This document shows, piece after piece, positions 55,870 to 64,000 of a stretch of 64,000 bases of DNA (positions are counted from its first letter, which is position 1; every line of letters begins with the position of its first letter). A program made the translations under genes and the position numbers. Under the pieces are notes generated by a model. That model had not been told where the DNA came from, searched no databases, and saw only the letters and a list, made by a program, of their open reading frames with translations. The stretch comes from Candidatus Woesearchaeota archaeon (lineage in GTDB: Archaea > Nanobdellota > Nanobdellia > Pacearchaeales > GW2011-AR1): contig CAZRAT010000001.1 in the NCBI GenBank assembly GCA_964598185.1, positions 3,419 through 67,418 of the forward strand, given 5' to 3'.

Positions 55870-57168
55870 CTAAGGATTCATCCTTGTCATTGTCCTTGGA
55901 AAAGCAATCGCATCTTTAATTGTATCTAAACCACAAATCCACGCAATAACTCTTTCAACACCAAGACCATAACCTCCATGAGGAACAGTTCCATACCGAC
56001 GAGTATCAAGATAAAAATCGTATTTTGAAACATCCTCGCCTTTCTCTTTCAAATTCTTTTTTATTTTTTCAATATCTTCTTCTCGCTGTGAAGCCCCAAT
56101 TAACTCGCCATAACCTTCAGGTCCAATAACATCAAAACCAAGAACAACCTTTGGATTACCTGGTGCTTCTTTCATATAAAACGCCTTAACTTTTTTTGGA
56201 TAATGAGTTACAATTATTGGAAGGTCATACAACTTGCTCAACTTATCTTCTTCAATAGTTCTCAAATCTTTTCCCCATGATACTTTCATCTTTCCCTTTT
56301 CCTTCAAAATTTTCAAAGCATCATCATAAGTCATTCGCGGGAATTTCTTTTTTATCACAGGTTCTAATTTTTTAACATCTCTCTCTAAAATTTCTAAATC
56401 AGTTTTATTTTTCTCAAAAACTTTTTTAAGAATAAATTTTATCAATTGCTCAGCATCATCCTGAAGATAATTAAAATCCTCCCAAGCAACTTCCATCTCA
56501 GCCATCCACAACTCTGTTAAATGTCTAGAAGTTTTTGATTTCTCTGCCCTAAATGCAGGTTGTATTGTGAAAATTTTCTCCAAAGAAAAAATCGCAGGTT
56601 CAGCATGCAATTGCCAAGTTTGTGAAAGATAAATCGGTTTTCCAAAATAATCTACTTTAAACAGCGTCGAACCCCCTTCACATTGCATTCCAATAAAAAT
56701 AGGACTATGGTATTCGTAAAAGCCTTTTTTCCTCCAATGTTCTCTAATTGCTTTAAGAACAGTATCACGAATTTTTAAAATAGACGTCATCTTTCTACTT
56801 CTCAACCACAAATGCCTTCTATCTCCAAGCAACTCTTCATTCAAATCTTTATTTATCGGAAACTCGTTTGCAAATCCAATAATATTAATTTTTCCAACCT
56901 GAACTTCAAAACCAGTAGGTGCACGTTTGTCTTTTTTTATTTCTCCAAAAATTTCAACAGAACTTTCAACCTGAAGTTTATCAATTTCTTCCCACTGCTT
57001 TTCAAATTTTTCCCTAACCAAAACACATTGAATAATTTCTGTAGAATCTCTCAAAATAATAAACTTCATTTTATTAGAACCTCGCGCCCGATAAATCCAA
57101 CCATGCAAAGCTACTTTTCCTTTTCCATTTTTCATTGCTTCTTGAATAGATAAAAATTTTTCTTTCAT
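55870..57168 (-). CDS. asnS: Asparaginyl-tRNA synthetase (class IIb)
   Basis: 432 aa; N-terminal OB fold; motif 3 YGTVPHGGYGLGVERV (GTVPH is AsnRS-type). Confidence 0.7.
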   Translation of the reverse strand: MKEKFLSIQEAMKNGKGKVALHGWIYRARGSNKMKFIILRDSTEIIQCVLVREKFEKQWEEIDKLQVESSVEIFGEIKKDKRAPTGFEVQVGKINIIGFANEFPINKDLNEELLGDRRHLWLRSRKMTSILKIRDTVLKAIREHWRKKGFYEYHSPIFIGMQCEGGSTLFKVDYFGKPIYLSQTWQLHAEPAIFSLEKIFTIQPAFRAEKSKTSRHLTELWMAEMEVAWEDFNYLQDDAEQLIKFILKKVFEKNKTDLEILERDVKKLEPVIKKKFPRMTYDDALKILKEKGKMKVSWGKDLRTIEEDKLSKLYDLPIIVTHYPKKVKAFYMKEAPGNPKVVLGFDVIGPEGYGELIGASQREEDIEKIKKNLKEKGEDVSKYDFYLDTRRYGTVPHGGYGLGVERVIAWICGLDTIKDAIAFPRTMTRMNP

Positions 57169-57869
57169 TTTAAAATTCTCTTTATATTTTCTTTAGTTAT
57201 TAATTTATATTCTCTTCTATTTAAATTAAGAGTATCTATCATTGCTAATGAAACTCTTGGATCACCAAATGGATAATCACTTCCAAAAATAATTCTTTCT
57301 GCTCCGAATTTATCATAAATTTTTTTTAAAATAATTGCATATTGTATTCCTGAAGTTTCAAAATAAACATTCTTTGGAAAATCATAGTTATCTATCTTAA
57401 AAAAAGTTTTAGTTACAGCGCCTGAATGAACAGCAATAACAGGGACTTTAACTTTCATTGCTAATTTAGAAACTGTCCCAAGATTAGAAAATTCTTTACT
57501 TTCATTTGTATGAACAAAAACAGGAAGATTAATTTTATTTACAAATTTTACAACTTTTTGATTATCAATATCTATTTTTCCAATATCCGGATGAAATTTA
57601 ATTGCCCTATATTTCTTATTTATCTCATTAGGTAAATCAAAAAAATTAAACCAGTAAATTGGAATTATTGATTTGTTTTTTTTTGCTTCATTTAAAACAG
57701 AATTATTATCTGGAGTTGTTTTGTCAGTAAAATTTTTAGGCAATCCTATTGGAACAAGACAATATTTTTCTATGCCCACTTTCTTTGCTATTTTTTTATA
57801 TTCAATAAAATTTCCCCATTCTTTTCCCTTAAAAGGGATAGAACCTAAATGCAAATGTGCATCTATCAT
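57165..57869 (-). CDS. Metal-dependent amidohydrolase (amidohydrolase-2/TIM-barrel family)
   Basis: 234 aa; MIDAHLHLG N-terminus and GSDYPF C-terminal motif. Confidence 0.55.
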   Translation of the reverse strand: MIDAHLHLGSIPFKGKEWGNFIEYKKIAKKVGIEKYCLVPIGLPKNFTDKTTPDNNSVLNEAKKNKSIIPIYWFNFFDLPNEINKKYRAIKFHPDIGKIDIDNQKVVKFVNKINLPVFVHTNESKEFSNLGTVSKLAMKVKVPVIAVHSGAVTKTFFKIDNYDFPKNVYFETSGIQYAIILKKIYDKFGAERIIFGSDYPFGDPRVSLAMIDTLNLNRREYKLITKENIKRILK

Positions 57870-57870
57870 T

Positions 57871-59163
57871 TTATGGAGTCAACCTATCCCTATCTCTTGG
57901 GAACAAAACAGCTTCCCTGATATTATTTAATTCAAGAAGTGTTTGAGTAAATCTTTCTAATCCTATACTCCAACCAGCATGAGGAGGAGCACCAAATCTA
58001 AAACTATCAATATAACTTTTGAAATCTTTAGGATTAAGCCCTTTTTTCTTTAACAATTTTTCAAGAAGTTCAGGGATATGCACTCTTTGTCCTCCACTTG
58101 ATATCTCTACCCCCTTGTAAAGTGCATCAAAGCCCTCTGTTAATTTCGCATTAGCGTCTTCGTCTTTTCGCATAATATAAAATCCTCTTTGTTCAGAAGG
58201 CCAAGTATGTGTAAAAACAATGTCTCCGTCATACATCTCGCAAAGTTTTTTTTCTTGTTCTGGTGTAAAATCGTCTCCAATTTTTCCACCAACTTTTTTT
58301 ATTGCATCTGCGTAGTTTAAATAATGCGCCTTAGGAACTTTTAATTTAACTCCAATTTTTTCCAAATCTTCTTTATGTTCTTTTATTATTTTTTTAACAA
58401 TATATTGTACAACCAATTCTAATTCCTTCATAATAGACATTTGATCTGCAAAAGCAATTTCAATATCCATTTGTCTTGATTCATTCAAATGTCTAATGGT
58501 ATTATGTTTTTCTGCTCTCCAAACAGGAGTTATTGTAACAACTTTTTCCATAGCACAAGCAACCATTTGTTTATATAATTGAGGAGATTGAGCAAGGAAT
58601 GCATCTTTTTCAAAATATTTTAATTTGTATAACTCGGTTCCTCCTTCACTAGAACTACCTATTATTGAAGGGGGTTGAAATTCAATATGGCCTCTATTTA
58701 CAAAATATTCTCTAAACGCCATTGAAATTGTTGATTGAATCCTAAAAATTGCCTGAGTTTTTTGACGATGTAAATCCAAAAACCGATAATCTAATCTCTT
58801 AGATAAATCCGTAGAAGTTGTTTTTTCATTCACATGAATCGGGAGCTTCTCTGCCTTGCTAATTATTTTAAAATCACTAACACTCACTTCAACATCCTTC
58901 CTAACATATTCTGCTTTAACATTTGCTTTTTTAACTTCTCCTTCCACTTCAACCACACTCTCTAAACTTAATTCAGAAATTTTATTCATCAATTCTTTAT
59001 CTTTGATTATGCATTGAACAATTCCAGAAGAATCCCTTAATAAAAGAAATTTTAATTTAGCCAAGTCCCTAATTTCATAAACCCACCCTTTTAACAAAAC
59101 CTTTTTTCCTACTTTAATATCCTTAACATACTCTCTCTTCATATCTCTTAAAGAAAAAAACAA
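57871..59163 (-). CDS. aspS: Aspartyl-tRNA synthetase (archaeal type, class IIb)
   Basis: 430 aa; FRFGAPPHAGWSIGLER and C-terminal FPRDRDRLTP. Confidence 0.8.
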   Translation of the reverse strand: MFFSLRDMKREYVKDIKVGKKVLLKGWVYEIRDLAKLKFLLLRDSSGIVQCIIKDKELMNKISELSLESVVEVEGEVKKANVKAEYVRKDVEVSVSDFKIISKAEKLPIHVNEKTTSTDLSKRLDYRFLDLHRQKTQAIFRIQSTISMAFREYFVNRGHIEFQPPSIIGSSSEGGTELYKLKYFEKDAFLAQSPQLYKQMVACAMEKVVTITPVWRAEKHNTIRHLNESRQMDIEIAFADQMSIMKELELVVQYIVKKIIKEHKEDLEKIGVKLKVPKAHYLNYADAIKKVGGKIGDDFTPEQEKKLCEMYDGDIVFTHTWPSEQRGFYIMRKDEDANAKLTEGFDALYKGVEISSGGQRVHIPELLEKLLKKKGLNPKDFKSYIDSFRFGAPPHAGWSIGLERFTQTLLELNNIREAVLFPRDRDRLTP

Positions 59164-59178
59164 TTTATTAACTTTTGG

Positions 59179-60606
59179 TTATTTGATAAATTTCTTAATA
59201 ATTTCCATTGCAAACTTTCCGTCAATCCTTCCTGCAAATTCTTTCATCACCAAACCCATATAGGCTTTATCAGAAAGCCCAGGCTTGCTCTGAATAATTT
59301 TCATAATCTTTTCCTCAACATTCTCTAAATCTTCTTTTTCAAATTTAATGGCCTCACTAACATCAACCCCTCTAGCAATTCTTTCTAAACTTTCTTTTAT
59401 CTGTCTTTCATTAATCTTCCCTTTTTTATATTTCTCTAAAATAAATACAAGAATATCTCTCCCAAGTTTCTTTCTTACTTTTATTTTCTTCTCAATCTCC
59501 TTTGGAAACACCAAAAGAACTTTCGCAACCAATTGCGGATTATTCACAATTTCCAACAACTCTCTAAACTCCTCCAGTTTATTCATCTTGAAAATCAATT
59601 TAATCATTTCGTAGTTCAACCCCTTATGGCTCAATTCCTCTTCAATATCTTTTCTTAATCTAGGAATATTTTTCTTAACTTCATTAATTAAATCTCTAGA
59701 AATTTTCAGCATAGGCAAATCAGTTTCAGGATACATTCTCGCTGAACCAGGAAGAGGCCTCAAAAAAATAGTTGTAGTATCAGGATTTCCACGTCGAACT
59801 TCTGCAACAGATTTTTTCTCTTTCACTAAATTAATCTGTCTTTCAATTTCATTATTAATAGTTGGAACAATTAATTTCAAATCCTGAACTCCTTTCATTT
59901 CAACTCTTTCTCCACCTTTTATTGAAACACTAACATCTTGCCGAATTGTCCCAATCCCACGAAGAACTTTACAACTCCTTAAAATCTCTCCAATCTTCAA
60001 CCCAACATTCTTAGCCTGTTCAGGAGTTTTAATATCAGGAGCCGTCACAACTTCAACTAAAGGAATCCCCAACCTATCTAACCTGTAAATCGTTTCTTTA
60101 TCTTTTCGCTCTACAATTCTCGCAGCATCTTCTTCAAGAATCACTGCACTAATACCAACTCTTCCCTCTTCAGTCTCAACATAACCATCCTCTGCAATTA
60201 AAACAGTTCTCTGAAAACCAGAAGTATTTGAACCATCAATAACTGTCTTTCGCATAATTTGAGTTAAAGGTAAAATCTTACAATTCAACAAAAGAGAAAT
60301 CTGCAAAGCAATCTTCAACGCATCTTTATTTATTTCGTGCGGCGGCTCTTCGTCCAACTCAACCAAACAAGTCGTATCATAACCTTGATAAATAAATTCT
60401 TTATCTTTTGTCTTCTCATATTCAGCCGCAACATCAACTACCCCAGACTCTCCTGCAACAGCATTAAGTTTTCTTTTAATAATAAAATCTGGCTCGTCCT
60501 TCCTTAAAACACTCTGACATTCACAAAATAATTTTTTAGTGTCAAGTTGCTGATGAATTTCCAAGCCACATTTAAAACCTAATTCTTGATAATTAATTTC
60601 TTCCAT
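59179..60606 (-). CDS. gatE: GatB/GatE-family tRNA-dependent amidotransferase subunit (GatE-like, short)
   Basis: 475 aa; N-terminal GLEIHQQL...KLFCEC and CLVELDEEPP; C-terminal YqeY/GatB-type helical tail; a GatD gene lies nearby at 62265. Confidence 0.55.
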   Translation of the reverse strand: MEEINYQELGFKCGLEIHQQLDTKKLFCECQSVLRKDEPDFIIKRKLNAVAGESGVVDVAAEYEKTKDKEFIYQGYDTTCLVELDEEPPHEINKDALKIALQISLLLNCKILPLTQIMRKTVIDGSNTSGFQRTVLIAEDGYVETEEGRVGISAVILEEDAARIVERKDKETIYRLDRLGIPLVEVVTAPDIKTPEQAKNVGLKIGEILRSCKVLRGIGTIRQDVSVSIKGGERVEMKGVQDLKLIVPTINNEIERQINLVKEKKSVAEVRRGNPDTTTIFLRPLPGSARMYPETDLPMLKISRDLINEVKKNIPRLRKDIEEELSHKGLNYEMIKLIFKMNKLEEFRELLEIVNNPQLVAKVLLVFPKEIEKKIKVRKKLGRDILVFILEKYKKGKINERQIKESLERIARGVDVSEAIKFEKEDLENVEEKIMKIIQSKPGLSDKAYMGLVMKEFAGRIDGKFAMEIIKKFIK

Positions 60607-60656
60607 AAAAAAACAAAGAAGAACGAGTTTATTAATTTTGGGGAGAAATTAAATAA

Positions 60657-60899
60657 TTAATCTTTTTTAATTACAATCTTTGACTTTTTAAAAAAAGCAA
60701 TAATTCTTGATTCCAAATTATCTGGCATTTCTTTTAAAACCAGATTCCCTTTTTTGTTTTCTCTCTTAATTTTCTTTAATTGTAGAAAAACTTCTGATTC
60801 TATTAAATCTAATCTATTATGTTGTTTTGATCTTTCTAATCCTTCAAAATAAACATACTTCTTCAAAACTGAATTGTAAACAATATTATATCTTTTCAT
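60657..60899 (-). CDS. Hypothetical small basic protein
   Basis: 80-aa ORF. Confidence 0.25.
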   Translation of the reverse strand: MKRYNIVYNSVLKKYVYFEGLERSKQHNRLDLIESEVFLQLKKIKRENKKGNLVLKEMPDNLESRIIAFFKKSKIVIKKD

Positions 60900-60925
60900 T
60901 TTATATTATAAATATTAAAGAAAAT

Positions 60926-61753
60926 TTAAATTAAATTAAGTATTTTATTTTTATCCTTTTTTTTATCATATCTAAATCTTGGAAGCAAATCAAAATTAAC
61001 TTTTCTATCAAAATCAAGATAATCATTTTTTAAGGCATAATTTAATAATTTATCAAGTGCTTTTTCTCTTTGTAAAGGATCAACTTCCCTTATTAACAAA
61101 TTTATATTATTCATAATTGTTGATAATTGATATCCTCCTTTATCTTCTTTTGAAGAGTATTTTAACACTTTTTCTTTTATTCCTAAGGGGGATTCAAATT
61201 CATCTAAAAGATTTATTAAATGGGGAAATGTTTGGAAAAGTTTTATTTTCTTCTTTTCTTCTCCTTCACTAAAAAACCACTCAAACATTTTCGTTACTAA
61301 AGAAGTATTTGAGGTTATTCTTGGACATTTAGCAAATAAATAAGAAAGTTTATTCATATTTATCTCATTAAGGTTCTTTAGAGTAAGTATGTCATAAAAA
61401 TCTTTTTCCCGAGGAGTATCTCTTGCACAAGTTTTAGTGAGAGTGAGAAAATTTCCATCCAAAAAAAAATATTGTTTTCCCTTTAAATTAACAGATGAAA
61501 CATATTTTTTTACTTCTGAAAGAGATAAGGAAGTTACAAATGAAACATCTTTTTTCATAAAAGTATGAATTGGGTAAGATTCATCTTCAAATGCAAGAAT
61601 ATCCAAATCAGAAAGAAATCTTTTTTCTTCGGTTTGGTTTTTTTCTTGATGTAATCTAACTGCAGTTCCTCCTGTAAAAGCATATTTAATTTCCTCTCTT
61701 TTCAATTGGGGAAACTTTTCTACAAATTGAGCCAAACTTTCTAGAGTTTCCAT
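60926..61753 (-). CDS. Hypothetical protein with a possible nucleotidyltransferase-like N-terminus
   Basis: 275 aa; FTGGTAVRLH...LSDLDILAF (GG...D-x-D pattern). Confidence 0.3.
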   Translation of the reverse strand: METLESLAQFVEKFPQLKREEIKYAFTGGTAVRLHQEKNQTEEKRFLSDLDILAFEDESYPIHTFMKKDVSFVTSLSLSEVKKYVSSVNLKGKQYFFLDGNFLTLTKTCARDTPREKDFYDILTLKNLNEINMNKLSYLFAKCPRITSNTSLVTKMFEWFFSEGEEKKKIKLFQTFPHLINLLDEFESPLGIKEKVLKYSSKEDKGGYQLSTIMNNINLLIREVDPLQREKALDKLLNYALKNDYLDFDRKVNFDLLPRFRYDKKKDKNKILNLI

Positions 61754-61868
61754 AAATAAAAGATAATTAAAATATTTATAAACCTTTCTATTTGTAACCC
61801 CTTAACAATCGTAACTATCTTAACTAATTCTCACAAAACTTTATAAAAAACATTTCTCAATAACTTAT

Positions 61869-62264
61869 ATGAAAAAAGTGGCAAAGAATCATAAAGACCT
61901 TCCACACATTTTTAGAATTCCAAAAACACTCGGACAAAAATCCGCAGATCTTATTACAAAATGGGCAGGAAGCTGGACATTTATTTTCGGATTCTTCATA
62001 TTTCTCGCAATCTGGATGGCAACCAATGGATATTTTCTTTTAAGATATTTCAAAGAAGGAATCACAGACCCTTACCCTTTTATTTTATTAAATCTGTGTC
62101 TATCTTGTCTTGCAGCAATCCAAGCACCAATAATTTTAATGTCTCAAAATAGGGAAGCCCAAAGAGAAAGAATAAAATCAGACTACGATTACCAGATAAA
62201 CAAAAAAGCAGAAAAAGAAATTAGAGAAATAAAAAATTTATTAATAAAAAGAAATAAAAAATAA
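61869..62264 (+). CDS. DUF1003-family membrane protein
   Basis: 131 aa; WAGSWTFIFGF...DPYPFILLNLCLSCLAAIQAPIILMSQNREAQRERIKSDYDYQINKKAEKEI matches the DUF1003 signature. Confidence 0.65.
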   Translation: MKKVAKNHKDLPHIFRIPKTLGQKSADLITKWAGSWTFIFGFFIFLAIWMATNGYFLLRYFKEGITDPYPFILLNLCLSCLAAIQAPIILMSQNREAQRERIKSDYDYQINKKAEKEIREIKNLLIKRNKK

Positions 62265-63521
62265 TCACTGCAACCGATTATTTAATTCTCTAGAAATATT
62301 TTCCAACATCAACTTCTTAACTTCTTCTTTTTTATTGGTTTTTCCTAAAACCCAACCCAACTTCACCAACGCTGTTTCACTTAACATGTCCTCCAGATAA
62401 ATAACTCCTGTCTTCAATAACTCTCTCCCATTTGAATAAACCAACGGGTCAACTCTTCCATAAATACACTGCGAAACAGCACAAACAACCAAATCCTTTT
62501 CAATAACGTCTTTCAATTTTTTTGTCCAACCATCCCTCGATCTTTTTGTAGGCACATGCCCCAACCCACTCATCTCCAAAACAACACCCTTGTATTTTTT
62601 CTTCAAATAAAAATCCAAGATTTCTGGATTTTGCCCAGGATAAACTTTCACTAAAGCAACCTTCTCCTCGAAATTCAAATCCAACTTAACCTTTCTTTTG
62701 TTCCTAAAATTATAATCTGAAATTTTATCCATTCTATCTAGAAAAATTTTAGCAAAAGGTTTAGCATTTACAACTTTAAACGCGTCCCTCTTTGAAGTAT
62801 GCAACTTCCTAACTTTTGTTCCAGGCATTGCATAACAAAAATCATCATTTGACGACGCGTGTCCAACAATCATAACTTCTGCCATATCTGAAATAGCCGC
62901 CAACGCAGCACACTGTAAATTCAAGTTAGCGTCGCTTGATGCCCTATCTATACTTCTTTGACTATAAGTTAAAACAACTGGCTTGTTCAAATCTTTCAGG
63001 AAAAAACTCAACGCAGCAGAAGTGTAATGCAAAAAATCAGTCCCATGCGTAACAATAACTCCTTTAATGTTTGGGTCATTCAAAAGTTTCTCAGCAGTTC
63101 GAGCAATCTTCTGCCAATCCTTAAAATCCATATCTTCTGACGCTTTCATAAACGGCACCTCAACTTTCACAACATTAACTTTGTCAAAAACACTTGGATA
63201 AAACTTAAATAAATCTTCTGGTTTTTCAAGGGGATCAACACCTCCTGTTTTCGAATCTAAACGAGCCGCAATTGTCCCTCCAGTAATGATCATCGCAACA
63301 TTCGGTTTGTCCTCTTTTCTTTTAATCACAATTTCTTCTTTCTCTTCTACAAATTTTTTCACAACTTGAATTTCCAAAATATCTTTTTTATTCAATCCAA
63401 TATTATAACCAGAATCCAATTTAAGCAAAACAATGCCAGGCTCAGGATTTTCTAACAAAATTCCTTCATAATCTTTTTTTGTCAAAACTACCTTAACACA
63501 ATCTCCAGTATTTGCTTTCAT
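62265..63521 (-). CDS. gatD: Glutamyl-tRNA(Gln) amidotransferase subunit D (GatD, L-asparaginase-like)
   Basis: 418 aa; asparaginase motif IITGGTIAARLD, the N-terminal GatD-specific domain, HGTDF. Confidence 0.75.
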   Translation of the reverse strand: MKANTGDCVKVVLTKKDYEGILLENPEPGIVLLKLDSGYNIGLNKKDILEIQVVKKFVEEKEEIVIKRKEDKPNVAMIITGGTIAARLDSKTGGVDPLEKPEDLFKFYPSVFDKVNVVKVEVPFMKASEDMDFKDWQKIARTAEKLLNDPNIKGVIVTHGTDFLHYTSAALSFFLKDLNKPVVLTYSQRSIDRASSDANLNLQCAALAAISDMAEVMIVGHASSNDDFCYAMPGTKVRKLHTSKRDAFKVVNAKPFAKIFLDRMDKISDYNFRNKRKVKLDLNFEEKVALVKVYPGQNPEILDFYLKKKYKGVVLEMSGLGHVPTKRSRDGWTKKLKDVIEKDLVVCAVSQCIYGRVDPLVYSNGRELLKTGVIYLEDMLSETALVKLGWVLGKTNKKEEVKKLMLENISRELNNRLQ

Positions 63522-63637
63522 AGAAAAGGGTGTTTTATAATATATAAAAAACTATTGATTAAATATACTAATTTAGTTATAACTTAATAGGAGTAATAAA
63601 TAGAAAGATTTATAAATAAAAAACTTTTAAGATAAAT

Positions 63638-63889
63638 ATGACATACAAAAATTCAGCAATAAATCAAAGAAAAAAAGAAAAAACATTAAGAAAGTACATT
63701 ATAGACAGCGCTTTAATTCTTGCAGCAGTAGGAGCAATAGGGTATGGGGGATATACTCTTTTCAATAAAGCTAATACTCAAGTTAATCTTGAACAAAGTA
63801 AATTAGAACAAACTCTAAACAAAGAAACTACAGAAGATAATAAATTAAGAGAATTAACAGGCGGTTATAATCCTTATTCAAGAGATTAA
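63638..63889 (+). CDS. Hypothetical small membrane protein
   Basis: 83 aa with one TM helix. Confidence 0.25.
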   Translation: MTYKNSAINQRKKEKTLRKYIIDSALILAAVGAIGYGGYTLFNKANTQVNLEQSKLEQTLNKETTEDNKLRELTGGYNPYSRD

Positions 63890-64000
63890 ATGCACCCTCG
63901 AGGATTCAGTTCGCTTCGCTCTCGACTTCGTTTAATACAAAACCTATCTTGAAATTATTTTACATAAACCCACGGTTCGAATCTATGAGCTTGCGAGGAT

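Noticed and set aside
1-64000. CRISPR arrays, transposases, integrases and toxin-antitoxin pairs
   Set aside because: No regularly spaced direct repeats and no IS or integrase-like ORFs were seen. The repeats found are short dispersed palindromic elements, not CRISPR.

Overview
AT-rich (roughly 30% GC) archaeal chromosomal segment with small, tightly packed genes and several split genes, which looks like a reduced, DPANN-like genome. Most of the window is informational housekeeping. Replication and repair: family B DNA polymerase, FEN1, ATP-dependent DNA ligase, MCM, an RPA-like OB-fold protein, type IA topoisomerase, RadB. Transcription: TBP, TFS, RpoL, an MBF1-like protein. Translation: aRF1, ValRS, MetRS with a separate Trbp111 module, AsnRS, AspRS, GatD and a GatE-like protein, aIF1A, aIF2-beta, L15e, NAC, Sec61-beta. 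Proteostasis: two adjacent CDC48 paralogs flanking an Hsp20, MetAP, signal peptidase. Division and segregation: FtsZ, MinD, ScpB. Also a GT2 polysaccharide synthase and three intron-containing tRNAs (Lys-CTT, Ile-GAT, Asn-GTT). No CRISPR array, integrase or transposase was seen. Four unusual signals stand out. (1) A ~54-nt palindromic, covarying mini-element present in at least 5 copies, four of them inserted in-frame inside unrelated housekeeping genes (Trm5-like, TYW3, ValRS, an MBL hydrolase); this resembles Rickettsia palindromic elements. (2) A second ~80-nt hairpin element duplicated at the 5' ends of a transporter gene (fused in-frame) and of aIF1A (forming a 35-codon uORF that stops 1 nt before the start). 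(3) All three tRNA genes are followed, and two are also preceded, by short copies of their own termini 50-125 nt away. (4) A GGDEF diguanylate-cyclase gene, apparently frameshifted, in an operon with a standalone receiver domain, which is unusual for archaea.
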